Origin: a virus | Reading direction: 5' to 3' (one strand) | DNA: 64,000 nucleotides | Virus record (IMG/VR): IMGVR_UViG_3300006925_000008 | Coordinates: 33,369 to 97,368 of that record | Shown here: in pieces, positions 29,634 to 40,487 of the stretch | Numbering within the stretch: position 1 is the stretch's first letter | How the letters are laid out: each line of letters starts with the position of its first letter | Notes under the pieces: model-generated | What the model saw: the letters and a program-made list of their open reading frames with translations, nothing else | The model's database searches: none | Told to the model about the DNA's origin: nothing | Made by a program: the position numbers and the translations under genes

Positions 29634-31466
29634 TTATCGTTGCCCCTTTGAACCGGCTCTCCGCTCGATTTGTTTGATTCTATCGTCAACCGCCCTCTCG
29701 CTCGATGACTTCATGTCTCTTTTGTCTCCCTTAGTGGATGACAAAGCCGCCTCACCGTCAACTCGTTTGATGTGGTCGGGGGATTGACCGCCGCCTGCTC
29801 TATCGCCCATTTGACTGTCGCCAATGGTTCTCAAAGAAGGGAGGTCATTCGCCGCATTTACCGCCGCTGATTCAGGGATTACCATTGAACCCCCTCTATT
29901 CGGTGTAAACTCGGTTCGCTTGAATAACATTTCAGGGGTAATCTCCAACTGTTCAACACTGGTCTGAACCGGACCTCCACCCTGCTGTCCACCCTGCTGT
30001 CCACCCTGCTGTTCAGCCGCCGCCGCTTGTTGAGCCGCCGCTACTTCTTGAGGGTCAGGTTGCTTGTAATCAAACTCTAGCATTTGGTTGTCCGTGCCGT
30101 CTCTTAGGTTAGCATCGAAACCTGCCTGCTTCATTTGCATCATGTTTCTAATCGCCATTTCATCTCGGCGTAGCGTCATGATTTCATCCTCTTCTTCGTG
30201 TGGACTCAAAGTCAAGGTCCACTCGCTGATCGTAAATGCCTCCATCAATGCGGGGAATAGAACCGTATTGTAAATGGATTGCGAATAAGCAACTGACCTG
30301 TTACTGACCACGATTTGCATACCTTCATTGTTTAAGCCTCCACCTGAAACATCGTTCATGAATACATTTGAAACACCAAAGAATGCGGCTATTCGCTGAC
30401 GGATGTCATCCTTGATTGGGATATACTGCAACTCTTCTAAAGTGTCCATCATACGGACATATTCAAGACCGCCTCTTCCTGATTCGGTTTCAACACCAAC
30501 AGTCGGAATGTAATTTGGGTCTCTTTCAAGATGCTCTTGGATATTGCGTGCTGTTCTCTCAACTGTTTCAAGGTTCGATGATTTGATGACCATCACACCA
30601 CGAGGCATCCTTCGCTTCTGATATGCGGAATAGACATAGTTGTCCATTGCGATTAAGGTGTTTACCTGCCTCCACATTGTAGCAATTGGGCTACGGCCAT
30701 AGAGTTTAGAAGGAGACCATTTACTTACATGAATGATTTCGTCATCAGTGTAAACTTGACCTGAACCGACTCCTGCTAGGTTCATGTAATGAATCGGGAC
30801 AACGGCCATTCCTGTTTTAGGACACTTCGCATCTTTGTCAGTGGTTCTAAAGGACCGATCAACAAGACTGGTGAATTGACGGCCACCACGAACACCACGC
30901 TTATCTGAAACAATACGCATGAAAATAGGGTCGGCACGAGTAACCTCTTTGATTCGATAAAATTGAGGTTTCTTAGTCGCAGGGTCAATGAAGTATTCCT
31001 TTGTCAAAACAATATATGCGTCATCAACAATGTTCAAATCCATTTCGATTTCACGAAGGACTTCAATGAATGACTGCTTCATTCGGTTACTATCGTTAAG
31101 AATCAAGTCGGCGTATTCAAGTTGCTCTTTATCGGGGGGCCTGACCTCGCCCCCGCACATTTCACAGGACTCAACCTGTTGCTGATATTGTTCATCACAT
31201 TCCCTGCATTTAACAACAAACTTTGGCTTCCATGCCCAGCCTTTTCTGAATGTTTCAACATTCAAATGATTTAGAATTGAGCGAAGGACTACACACTCGT
31301 ATGCCGCCGCATAGAGAGCGGGGATTGTAATTCCTTGAAGCAAAGGTGGTTCCTGAACACCACTTGTAAACAGCGGCATGGCAGGGACCGGCGTGGTATG
31401 GCGTTCCATGTCAACGCCAATAGCCGAGAATAACCTTTGCATACGCTTTGAGTTTTCATTGGCCAT
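29634..31466 (-). CDS. Portal protein with zinc-ribbon insertion
   Basis: DLNIVDDAYI, EIIHV...LYGRSPI, PRGVMVI and IAAFFGVS portal motifs; CREC...CEMC insertion. Confidence 0.88.
   Translation of the reverse strand: MANENSKRMQRLFSAIGVDMERHTTPVPAMPLFTSGVQEPPLLQGITIPALYAAAYECVVLRSILNHLNVETFRKGWAWKPKFVVKCRECDEQYQQQVESCEMCGGEVRPPDKEQLEYADLILNDSNRMKQSFIEVLREIEMDLNIVDDAYIVLTKEYFIDPATKKPQFYRIKEVTRADPIFMRIVSDKRGVRGGRQFTSLVDRSFRTTDKDAKCPKTGMAVVPIHYMNLAGVGSGQVYTDDEIIHVSKWSPSKLYGRSPIATMWRQVNTLIAMDNYVYSAYQKRRMPRGVMVIKSSNLETVERTARNIQEHLERDPNYIPTVGVETESGRGGLEYVRMMDTLEELQYIPIKDDIRQRIAAFFGVSNVFMNDVSGGGLNNEGMQIVVSNRSVAYSQSIYNTVLFPALMEAFTISEWTLTLSPHEEEDEIMTLRRDEMAIRNMMQMKQAGFDANLRDGTDNQMLEFDYKQPDPQEVAAAQQAAAAEQQGGQQGGQQGGGPVQTSVEQLEITPEMLFKRTEFTPNRGGSMVIPESAAVNAANDLPSLRTIGDSQMGDRAGGGQSPDHIKRVDGEAALSSTKGDKRDMKSSSERAVDDRIKQIERRAGSKGQR
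29977..30012. repeat. 12-bp tandem repeat x3 (ccaccctgctgt), encodes QQGG in the portal tail
   Basis: Read directly from sequence. Confidence 0.9.
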
Positions 31467-32922
31467 CAGCAACAACCTCCTTTAGAACCTGATCGAATGT
31501 CTCAATGGACCAATTCCATGCTTTCATCATTTCCATTTGTTTCGTGGGCAATGCGTAATTGAATGCTAAAACTTTCTGTGCGTTTTCATCGCCGTCTAAG
31601 GATTTCTTCATAATGACCGCATCCTGCTTCTTTTCGTTCATCGAAGGTATTGCCCATTCTAAGGCTTTACGGACAGCAAAGTCCCCCTCAATAATCAAAG
31701 ATGAACCCTCCGCCCTAACATTCCTGACACCCATCTCACTCTTAACAGCGTTGGCATAGGACGGGGCGTTCAGACTAGAAAATTGCATTGTAAGCCGTGG
31801 TTCACCACGAGGTCCAATGCCTAATTCTCCGCTAGTGTCTAGCAATGAACCGACGAGCCTGCCAACATTCTTGATTAGAATATCAGGACGGTCTATGTCA
31901 TAAAACAAACTTCTTTCATCGGCTCTTGTTCCTTGGCCCGCCGTGATTATATCAAACAAAAAACCATGAGATTTGATGAGTTTTGCTATTTCTTTAGAAG
32001 GAGATGATACTCCATATGACTGTAAGGTTTGAGCATTCATCGGACCTCTTTCATACATCACACTCGCACACCGCTCTAAAACTGCATTTTCACGAGATGA
32101 AAGCCTTGATGATTTATCAATTCGATTCCGCCATATGTTATGCGCTCGTTCCTTTTGAGCGTCATCGCTAGAAGATGTCCAAGCCTTGACTAATTGTAAA
32201 AACGGTATTTTTAGACGGTCAAGGTTCTTGTTTAACTGTTCATAGTCCTTATCATTCAATGGCAATTCATTTACAATATCGGGGTTTACTCCCTCGTAAT
32301 ACTTGACAATGGCTTTTCGTTCTTCGATAATTAGTGGTTGCATTGACTCTAGTGCGTCAAACCTCTCGGCTTTGATCAGAATATCTGTAACCTTTGCACT
32401 ACTCATGCCAAAGTTATCCTGAAAGTAAGAGCGTGTTATTGGCACTTCGGCTTGAAGAGGAGGAGGTGCTTCAACCCCGTCCGACTCTCCCGGTGCAGAC
32501 CCGCTCAAATTATTTTTCATACCCCTTACTCCGACATCGGTCCGAGGACCGCCTAGATTCTCCGGTTCTATTGAATCCAATAATGCTTGTCCATCATCAA
32601 CCGGCTCACCCGGCATTTCAGGTTCAGGCGTTGGGATGTCATCAATGACTGGCTGTTCAACCGTTGCTTCTTGTTCCTCGGCGGTTGCTAATTCCTCTTC
32701 GGCTTGTCGCTGTTCAGAAGAAGTGTCCTTGACTTTTTTTCTTGCTTCATTCAGCAATGCGCTACCCATACCCGCCACCTGTTGACCACGGCCATAGGGG
32801 TTATCCTGTCGCTGATTAGGATTAAACTTCAATATAGAATCAACAATACATTCGACTCCGATTACTGCTTCTATTCGATCACGCACTTTGCCACCCCAGT
32901 CTCTTACTCCATGTGTCGGCAT
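31456..32922 (-). CDS. Hypothetical protein between terminase and portal, possible C-terminal LAGLIDADG-like fold
   Basis: LVGSLLDTSGELGI followed by LTMQFS; acidic disordered N-terminal half. Confidence 0.45.
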   Translation of the reverse strand: MPTHGVRDWGGKVRDRIEAVIGVECIVDSILKFNPNQRQDNPYGRGQQVAGMGSALLNEARKKVKDTSSEQRQAEEELATAEEQEATVEQPVIDDIPTPEPEMPGEPVDDGQALLDSIEPENLGGPRTDVGVRGMKNNLSGSAPGESDGVEAPPPLQAEVPITRSYFQDNFGMSSAKVTDILIKAERFDALESMQPLIIEERKAIVKYYEGVNPDIVNELPLNDKDYEQLNKNLDRLKIPFLQLVKAWTSSSDDAQKERAHNIWRNRIDKSSRLSSRENAVLERCASVMYERGPMNAQTLQSYGVSSPSKEIAKLIKSHGFLFDIITAGQGTRADERSLFYDIDRPDILIKNVGRLVGSLLDTSGELGIGPRGEPRLTMQFSSLNAPSYANAVKSEMGVRNVRAEGSSLIIEGDFAVRKALEWAIPSMNEKKQDAVIMKKSLDGDENAQKVLAFNYALPTKQMEMMKAWNWSIETFDQVLKEVVADGQ

Positions 32923-34294
32923 CAAGGATTACAATGTTATCCCTATACTCTTTTGTTGCTTGAACAGACAAAGCGAGCGCAATGACCATATCGTCGTGTG
33001 CGCCTAAACTCTCCATCCTGCCATTCTCAAGCATGGTAAATGTTGACAATTCAGTGATAAGGTTGTTCATGTGCCTCAATGTCGAGCCTTGGTCCTTGTA
33101 AGGAATCGCTAAATGCCCTTGTTCAAAGTGTAACTGCAATGTATGAATTAACGCTTCTTTCTTCATACGGCTCATATTGAACGGTTTGATTGGTAAATCG
33201 CTAATCTCTTTTAATACTTGATTGAATGCTACTGCAAAGTTGTTTGTCTCTAATTCGATAATAACTGGGTTAAATCGTGCATTCAATTCAATGATTTTAT
33301 CAATCTGACTACTGAAGTCCATCCCCTTTTCATGATGGGTGTGAATCACTCTCTTATGCCTGTTCTCATCCATGGCGATGACCATCATGCAGGTGTAATC
33401 CGCTTTTCTGTTTGCACTGATAGCAGGGTCCCAGCCAATGTAGTAATTGAAATGTTCATCGGGGTCGGGGTAATATGAGAGGGATAATGAATCGTCCTTT
33501 GCGTTTGCGATCATCTCTTCAGGGAATAGGCTCTCTTCACTGGATAGTGGTTGACATAGGTATTCACGGGTAAATGCAATAGAAGTCATCTCATTGCGTC
33601 TTGAGTTTAATGCGTCTATGTTCCACCGTTCAGGCCATAGGGGGTCGCCAGTCTTTTCGTTGATTGCCGGATACTCCCTGACTTCATACCCCTTGAGTCC
33701 TTTCAATTCAGCATAAAGGTCTGTGAAAGAGAACGGAGTCCCAACTATGCACAACTGTGCGGTGTGGTGAAGAACAGGCAATAGTGCGGTGTAAAACCAT
33801 TGAGCGACGGACTTCAATTGAGTTGCCGCTTCACTGGATAAAATATCGTCAAGCACTACAATATCAGGGTGCGCTCCACGAACCGCTTTGCCAACAGACA
33901 TTGCCCGAATAGAAGACTTGTTTGTCATTTTGAACAATTGCTTCGCCCATCCACGCTTCGGTTTTAGGTGCTGTAAAGCGGGGGTCATCATAATCAATTC
34001 ATCCATTTTCGCCATGTGGTCAATGGATTGATGTTGACTGTGTGAAAAGAATAGGACTTCTGTTCCGGGGTTGTATGCCATTTTCCAAAGAAGGTAAACA
34101 CGATAGAACACAGACTTGCCGTGGTCTCGTGATGCAATAACGCAGGTTTTGTTATGTCCCTCCGACATCTCATACCATTCTTTGTGAAAGTGTGCTAACT
34201 GAAATCCGCATATGTCTTCAAAGAAGTATTTGAAATCACGGCGACCCATCTCATAATCGACTTTTCCGGTTAAGTCGAGCAGGGGGTTACTCAT
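32879..34294 (-). CDS. terL: Terminase large subunit
   Basis: Walker A ASRDHGKS, Walker B VVLDD, IVGTP, nuclease IGWDPA and HDDMVIALAL. Confidence 0.93.
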   Translation of the reverse strand: MSNPLLDLTGKVDYEMGRRDFKYFFEDICGFQLAHFHKEWYEMSEGHNKTCVIASRDHGKSVFYRVYLLWKMAYNPGTEVLFFSHSQHQSIDHMAKMDELIMMTPALQHLKPKRGWAKQLFKMTNKSSIRAMSVGKAVRGAHPDIVVLDDILSSEAATQLKSVAQWFYTALLPVLHHTAQLCIVGTPFSFTDLYAELKGLKGYEVREYPAINEKTGDPLWPERWNIDALNSRRNEMTSIAFTREYLCQPLSSEESLFPEEMIANAKDDSLSLSYYPDPDEHFNYYIGWDPAISANRKADYTCMMVIAMDENRHKRVIHTHHEKGMDFSSQIDKIIELNARFNPVIIELETNNFAVAFNQVLKEISDLPIKPFNMSRMKKEALIHTLQLHFEQGHLAIPYKDQGSTLRHMNNLITELSTFTMLENGRMESLGAHDDMVIALALSVQATKEYRDNIVILDADTWSKRLGWQSA

Positions 34295-37200
34295 TGGTCA
34301 TCACCCCAGCCCGCAGGCAATAGGCTCATGTTATCCTGAACCGCCATTTGTTTCTGTGGACCCTGATCAAAGAATGATGAAGGTAATAGGGAATAATTGT
34401 CATTAGAGTTTTCTGATTTTAGCATTCGTCGGGGTGGCGTTCCATCTTCGCTTATTGTCCTTGGTGCAATATGCATACTCATCGGAATGCCTTCACCCAG
34501 TTGACTTGAGACCGACATCGGCCCCACGCCATCCTTCATACCTTCGCCCGGATAACGGACCGCCATATCCTTGGTTGGCCAATGATTCAAAGCCGCCAAT
34601 AAACTAGCACTAAACGACTGGTTGCCAATCATTCTCTCTCCTTCTTTTCCTGCTAACAATTCTTTGAAATCATTTGGGCCGGTCTCATGTAAAGTGGCGT
34701 TGACATCATCAATAGGCATTCGGCGGGAGACTTCACTACGCATTTGTCTATCAGGCAGGGCGTGCATCTCCGGGTTGAGGTCATCAAATCCAAATTGTCC
34801 TTTCATGCCGGGGACCATTTTACCGGATTTTGGCGTGCCTTGTCCTTGGCCAAACATGATTCTAGTCTCCGAGTCGTCAGGGCGAGCGGAGCGATTCTTC
34901 GGTCTGAACCCTTTTTTCTTCAAAGCGTTGATGATCGAGAATGGCATCCCCGCTACTTTTTTTCTTGGCAACCCGCTCATCCCTTGTCCAGTCCTAGTGG
35001 CGAAGTCATACTGCGGCAGTTTCATCCCATCGAGACCTGTATGTCCTTCAGGATTAAATGGATGAATCAACTCCCCCGCTTCGTTTGTTGCCGTTGGGTC
35101 GGGGAACATTGATGGAGTTGTAATTTTCTTTGGTGAGTCTTTGTATTTACGCTCTAAAGCCCTTTGTAATGAGGAGAGATATATGTCTCGTTTCAAGTAA
35201 TTACCATGTTCGTCTTTTTCGTCCAATCCGGGGACATCATCAATGTGTGAAAAACTGGGACCTTCAAAAGTCCGGTATTTGCTTTTTCCTGATGAGGACC
35301 CAATTGGTCCAATGGCCTTCACAGCCTCCGCTATTTTATCGGGGTCAACTTGAGTCACCCTGTATTTTTGGTTAGCATAGACATCTCTTGATTCATCCTT
35401 GAATCGCTGTCGGTCTTCAGGTGAAACAAAATTAGGGTCGTCCTTGTCTAATTCGCTTTCAAAAAACATGTTGTCATAGGTCTCCATTGGTTTACTCATG
35501 CCGGGGAGTTGAGTCGCCCCCACATTTAACATTCGACCAGTGTATCTGTCAATCGCTCTCATTCCAACCGGCTCCCCTGCGTCATTCCAATACACATAGG
35601 TATTTGGGGGGTTTCGTTGTTTACCTGTCCCTATTGTAAGTTTTCTTGCATAAGAGATTGCGGCGATCAACTCATCAGGAGATAGAGTTGGCGGTTCGGA
35701 CTCTAACTCGTCAAAGTCGTAATGAGTCCCAAACTCATCCGGTTTCATATATCTCCTCATATTAGGGTCCCGGTCATTACCATAAGTGTATTTTTTTGCA
35801 TAGCCTTCTTCACCTAGAGCCTCCCTTTCGCTTAGGATGCTCGGTGACTTTTGGTCTCCTTCAATAGAGGCAATGAGGTCGTTTAAGTCATCATACATGT
35901 CGTCATAATTCTCACCAAGAGCATTAGCCAAGTCTTCATCAAGACTATTCTTCAAATGTTTAGCGGCGGCGAGATTCCCTCCCTCGGCCTCCTCCATATA
36001 CATCGGCCAATACTCCTCGGCATTTGAAGCGTATATCATAGGGAAGTCCTCCGGCTTATCCGGCTCATCCTTTGGCTTATCTAGGATGTCAGGCATCTCC
36101 ATCATACCGCCCATAGTCTCGCCGTCCTCCGGTCCGAGGTCGGGGTTATCGAGGTCTCCGGGTGTTGCCCCTTCTATATCGGTTCTGATTGCATCCATGA
36201 CATCAGTTTCAAACTCATGTCCGATGATGTCCTCTTCAGTAAGAGTCGGTTCTTCAAAGTCCTCTCCTTCATCAGCATCCTCCCATTCCTCATCATTAGG
36301 AGGCTCAACCTTTGCGTCTTCGACTAAATCATCGACTACTTCAATAGGAACAGATTGACCTTTTTCATTGTCCCACCTTGATGATGCCATTTGCTTTTCT
36401 TTGTCAGTGGGCGGTCTATTCAACTGCAACACTTTACCGTCGAATGTGGCTTCGCCTCCGATCAACTTCTCGGCCTTCTTTTTAGTGATTTTACTGCCGA
36501 TGATAGTGCCATCATCCGCCACTTGATACATACGCTTAGGCATTTCAACCTGCATTGTCTCCTCGGCAATGTCTTCAGTTGATTCCTTTTTGCCACCAAC
36601 TGGGACAAGGTTCAACAAGTCTAGCAACTTATCATTGTCAACTTTATTAGACAGGGGGATTACTTCAAGTAAACTATCGGAGTTTGGAGGCTTAGTTTCT
36701 TCAATAATCTCTTCTTGAATACGCCGGTTTACCCCCCCAATATCAGGATTCGTCTCGCTTTCAGCGGAGTCCAAATCGTTATTTGACATCATTTCGTCAA
36801 AGCCTGCTAGAGCCGCTTTATCCTCAACGGTCTGTTCAGTTTCCTCCACCTTTTCTTTTTTGGACGGAGAGCCTGACCAATTCACCACCCTTGTTGGGTT
36901 TTCCTCTTCCTCTTCAGATTCAGGGGTCGAATCAGCAGGAGGATTTGGGACCACATCAGCAACTTCTGTATTTGTTGCACTAGGGACTTCGGACACTAAG
37001 TCCTCTTTCGCATCATCCTTGTTTGACTTATTTTGTCTTTTAATCGATGCCCGCACCGCCGCCAGTTGTTCTTTCAACTCCTTTATTTCGACTTCCCGTG
37101 CTTTGACCTGTGCGGCTCGTTTTTTTGAGGCGGATATTTCCTTTGTTCTCGCCGCTGATTGGGCTTTGCTTTGATTGACTTTGTTGTTGATGTCATCAGG

Positions 37201-37581
37201 CTTCCCCAACTTTGAGCCGGGGGGTGCGCTTACTACTTCTTCAACAGGAGTTGCTGGGGGGGTATTGTCAGGAACAATGTCAGCAGGAACATATTCAGTT
37301 GTTGTATTTTGCACTACACCGGGGTCGGCAGGTGCTTCTGTGTCCTCACTGATCGTGCGAACCGATGGTGCGGCGGCGGCTTCACGCCTCTCCGTCATTC
37401 TCTCCATTGCACCCGGTATTCGTCTTGCTCTTTCTTGGGCTTGTCGTTTTGCACGACCAAAGGACTCAAAGAATCCCTTTTCTAAATCATCCCAAACTAA
37501 ATCAAATGCTTCATCATGCCTATCGGACTGCTTACCCTCGGCCTTCAATAGCAAGACATCAAACTTGTCTTCGCCTTCCAT
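34291..37581 (-). CDS. Very large acidic low-complexity protein (candidate internal virion protein)
   Basis: 1096 aa, Asp/Glu/Pro-rich; N-terminal LLLKA and AFDLVWDDLEKG motifs. Confidence 0.65.
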   Translation of the reverse strand: MEGEDKFDVLLLKAEGKQSDRHDEAFDLVWDDLEKGFFESFGRAKRQAQERARRIPGAMERMTERREAAAAPSVRTISEDTEAPADPGVVQNTTTEYVPADIVPDNTPPATPVEEVVSAPPGSKLGKPDDINNKVNQSKAQSAARTKEISASKKRAAQVKAREVEIKELKEQLAAVRASIKRQNKSNKDDAKEDLVSEVPSATNTEVADVVPNPPADSTPESEEEEENPTRVVNWSGSPSKKEKVEETEQTVEDKAALAGFDEMMSNNDLDSAESETNPDIGGVNRRIQEEIIEETKPPNSDSLLEVIPLSNKVDNDKLLDLLNLVPVGGKKESTEDIAEETMQVEMPKRMYQVADDGTIIGSKITKKKAEKLIGGEATFDGKVLQLNRPPTDKEKQMASSRWDNEKGQSVPIEVVDDLVEDAKVEPPNDEEWEDADEGEDFEEPTLTEEDIIGHEFETDVMDAIRTDIEGATPGDLDNPDLGPEDGETMGGMMEMPDILDKPKDEPDKPEDFPMIYASNAEEYWPMYMEEAEGGNLAAAKHLKNSLDEDLANALGENYDDMYDDLNDLIASIEGDQKSPSILSEREALGEEGYAKKYTYGNDRDPNMRRYMKPDEFGTHYDFDELESEPPTLSPDELIAAISYARKLTIGTGKQRNPPNTYVYWNDAGEPVGMRAIDRYTGRMLNVGATQLPGMSKPMETYDNMFFESELDKDDPNFVSPEDRQRFKDESRDVYANQKYRVTQVDPDKIAEAVKAIGPIGSSSGKSKYRTFEGPSFSHIDDVPGLDEKDEHGNYLKRDIYLSSLQRALERKYKDSPKKITTPSMFPDPTATNEAGELIHPFNPEGHTGLDGMKLPQYDFATRTGQGMSGLPRKKVAGMPFSIINALKKKGFRPKNRSARPDDSETRIMFGQGQGTPKSGKMVPGMKGQFGFDDLNPEMHALPDRQMRSEVSRRMPIDDVNATLHETGPNDFKELLAGKEGERMIGNQSFSASLLAALNHWPTKDMAVRYPGEGMKDGVGPMSVSSQLGEGIPMSMHIAPRTISEDGTPPRRMLKSENSNDNYSLLPSSFFDQGPQKQMAVQDNMSLLPAGWGDDQ

Positions 37582-38590
37582 TGCGTAGCATCTCCGTTGT
37601 ATTTCTTGCTTGATAGCCTTTTCTCAATTCAATGGTTTGATACGCATTGCTGATTTGATTTTGAAAATGAATGGATTTGCTAAAGTCGCCTCGACCATAT
37701 GAATTAAGACGCTGACGGCCTTGGTTCCGTTGGTATGCATTGTATGCACCACGAGCCATACCTGACGCTCCTAATGTTAAGAGGTTGGACATAAAGCCGG
37801 TTCCAATACCGCCCTTTGTTCTCGCTTGTGCTTGAGCGTCTTGGATTTGAGCCGCTTGAGCCATTGCCTGCGGGCTACCTTGAGGTGCGCCGCCTTGTTG
37901 TTGCTGACCACCTTGTTGTTGTTGCTGGTTGACATTTTGCACTTTCTGATCCATTGTCGGATTTTGTTGTGCGGTCAATGCATCTAAGTCAGGTGCGCCG
38001 GGAACAGTCGTTGCATTTATGTCTTGATTGGCGGCTTCGGCATTTGCTGATGCTTGAGCGACGGTTTCCCCCTTAGAAGCATCAGGTGCGACCTTTCCTG
38101 CGTTATACGCATCGGTTTGTAACTTGGATTTCGCATTGTTTTTTAGTGCTTGTCCTTGGCCCATTGAAATGTCTGATTGCTCATTTGGCCTGATATGTGT
38201 GTTCGCCTGTTGACCGGCAATAGCCGCCGTTTCAAGTCCCGCACCAATTGTGTTTCCAAGTTTGCCAGCGGCCCTGATTGGAGCCATTGCTGTTTGACCG
38301 AACCTGCGAGCAAGACCCTTTGCTTTTCCTTTAACTCCTTGTGCCGAAATTGGCCCTTCGCCACCGTAAAAGCCTTTATCGGCCCAATTTGCCGCTCCAC
38401 CCATCAGGCCTGCCCCGATGTCTTTAGCCTTTTGACCGGGAGTGGTTGCGACATAATTCTTAATCAGCAAATGATTATCTGAACACCATTGAGCGGAAAC
38501 ACCATGGTCTGACATCAAATACGATTTGACCAAAGTGGTCTTGTCTTCGATCATCTGTTCTTCTCTTGCTTTTAGGATTAAGTCATTCAT
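37559..38590 (-). CDS. Gly/Ala/Gln-rich protein (candidate internal/ejection protein)
   Basis: LILKA, LVKS and LIKN motifs; Gly-rich amphipathic segments. Confidence 0.6.
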   Translation of the reverse strand: MNDLILKAREEQMIEDKTTLVKSYLMSDHGVSAQWCSDNHLLIKNYVATTPGQKAKDIGAGLMGGAANWADKGFYGGEGPISAQGVKGKAKGLARRFGQTAMAPIRAAGKLGNTIGAGLETAAIAGQQANTHIRPNEQSDISMGQGQALKNNAKSKLQTDAYNAGKVAPDASKGETVAQASANAEAANQDINATTVPGAPDLDALTAQQNPTMDQKVQNVNQQQQQGGQQQQGGAPQGSPQAMAQAAQIQDAQAQARTKGGIGTGFMSNLLTLGASGMARGAYNAYQRNQGRQRLNSYGRGDFSKSIHFQNQISNAYQTIELRKGYQARNTTEMLRNGRRRQV

Positions 38591-40481
38591 TGAATATCAC
38601 CTTTACTTCTTGGACCGCTTCATGAGGGACATTGAATGATTTAGCAATATCCCGCCAGTCACCACGGCTGTGAATAATTGCAGTAATGTCGCTTGATGTC
38701 TTTTTCAAGCGGCCTGCTACAATTGAAATATCGACGGGAGACTCCGGGTTCATTGGTGTCGCACTTATGGTCAATTCGGACTTTGCTATATCAATTTGAA
38801 CCTGTTCTAGGTATTGTTCGATTTGCTGTTTTTCGCCGTCAGACTTGCCAAAGATGCCACCGGGAAATCTGTTCCCGTATAAGCGTCCTAATGCGCCTCC
38901 AAGTGAATCCATAACGCCTCGCCGTGTCGAGGGAGGAGATGCCGCCCCTAAAGCATTGTTCATGCCGAGCGAGGGAGGGGGTGCGATTTGAGTATCAACT
39001 TTTGGAGGAGGGGGAGCCACCGCACCAGCACCTAAGCCGGGGGGTGACGAAAGGACATCTGTTGGAGGAGGTGCAACAGTTGGGGGACCCGAATGCATTG
39101 TCATTCCACCGTGTTTAGTATCCATGCCGGGGGCTGTCACTTTACTAGGGGTAGCCTGTTGAGGGGTGTCAGAATCAGGGGCAGGAGGGGGGGGTGATGC
39201 TGACAAAGGTTGTTGAGGCATTGGCATGTGCGTTCCTTGAGCAACCCAATTTGGGGCTACGCCTCCACTGTTGGCCAATGTCGCATGAGCCAATGCAGTA
39301 TTCCAACGCTGTCTAAAGTTGCCTTCTTTTCTAGTCCCTGCGTGAGCGGTTTGCCAAACACCTCTAGCCTGTTCCTCGGTCAACCCCTGAAGGGCCATTA
39401 GGTCCTTTACGCCCGCTTCCATACCTCCGCCCGCTTGTGAATGACCGTTCTTACCGCCAATGTGGAGATTTTTATGCCAGCCTTTTTCCTGTAATTCAGG
39501 ATGCGTCCAGCCCGACAAATCAGTGCCTAATGGCATTTGGGCTAATTCGCTACTGACTGTTGGGTCGCCCATCGAATCAGTTTGCATTTCATTAGGAATG
39601 TTTTGATTTTCAGGAGTAAACATTGCGGCGTTATCAGCGTATTGCCCATATGACTCCTCAAAGGAACGGTGATGAATACCACCAGTTACTTTCTTGAATG
39701 TTTTATTTTGCATCAATGCCTGATGTGCGGCTTGAGCGGGGTCGGCCCCAGTTTGTTGAGCCGTTGCCTGTGCCTCTTTGACAGTGTTCCATAATTCAAC
39801 CAATGCTCGCCTGTCCGGTATTCTGATCGTGTTCCTATGAACCAAACCGGGGTGAATTGTATCATTAGTCTTTTTTCTGTGCTGTGGGCCTCCTTGACCT
39901 CTCCTCTCCTCCAATGCTTCTGAATAAGGTCTAAGCCATCCCTCTCCTTGTAAATTGATTTCACTTTTGATATTAGTGACCAACTTTCTTGTTTGAGGGT
40001 CCCAAGGGTCAATAAATCGACCATTGCTGTTCCTTTTTACATCCTTCATTGACAATGCATGAGGCTTATGTCCCCATTGCCCATCGACTTGGTAATCCTT
40101 GCCCATCACATTTGAAAAGGGTTTATTCATTGCATGTATGCCTCTCGACGCATTGATTACATTCTGTCTTTCAACTAAACTGTTAATCAAGGGTGCGCCC
40201 GCTAAAGCCGCCCTTCTAAAGGCCTCCATGTATTTGGGGTTGCTCGGACCCTCGTGGTATATGCGTGCGGTTTCTTCATCAATCAACCCTTTGCGATATG
40301 CCTCGTGTGCGGCATCACCTTCAACACCAGTGATTTCTGAATGCTGGATGTCGTGATGTGAATTGGCTAAAGCCGCCGTTGTCAGTTGGGGGTTATCCGT
40401 TTGTAATGCCGCATTGATGAAATCCCAAAGGTCGTGGACTCCTTCACCTTTGATGATCAAGAATCTATCGAGGTGCAACAT
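38583..40481 (-). CDS. Large protein with Pro-rich linker (candidate internal virion protein)
   Basis: 632 aa; LIIKG N-terminal and IAKS C-terminal motifs. Confidence 0.6.
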   Translation of the reverse strand: MLHLDRFLIIKGEGVHDLWDFINAALQTDNPQLTTAALANSHHDIQHSEITGVEGDAAHEAYRKGLIDEETARIYHEGPSNPKYMEAFRRAALAGAPLINSLVERQNVINASRGIHAMNKPFSNVMGKDYQVDGQWGHKPHALSMKDVKRNSNGRFIDPWDPQTRKLVTNIKSEINLQGEGWLRPYSEALEERRGQGGPQHRKKTNDTIHPGLVHRNTIRIPDRRALVELWNTVKEAQATAQQTGADPAQAAHQALMQNKTFKKVTGGIHHRSFEESYGQYADNAAMFTPENQNIPNEMQTDSMGDPTVSSELAQMPLGTDLSGWTHPELQEKGWHKNLHIGGKNGHSQAGGGMEAGVKDLMALQGLTEEQARGVWQTAHAGTRKEGNFRQRWNTALAHATLANSGGVAPNWVAQGTHMPMPQQPLSASPPPPAPDSDTPQQATPSKVTAPGMDTKHGGMTMHSGPPTVAPPPTDVLSSPPGLGAGAVAPPPPKVDTQIAPPPSLGMNNALGAASPPSTRRGVMDSLGGALGRLYGNRFPGGIFGKSDGEKQQIEQYLEQVQIDIAKSELTISATPMNPESPVDISIVAGRLKKTSSDITAIIHSRGDWRDIAKSFNVPHEAVQEVKVIFNE

Positions 40482-40487
40482 TGATAA

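Noticed and set aside
31456-32922. Active homing endonuclease or intein at the terminase
   Set aside because: Only a weak single LAGLIDADG-like helix; the terminase is normal length with no intein motifs.
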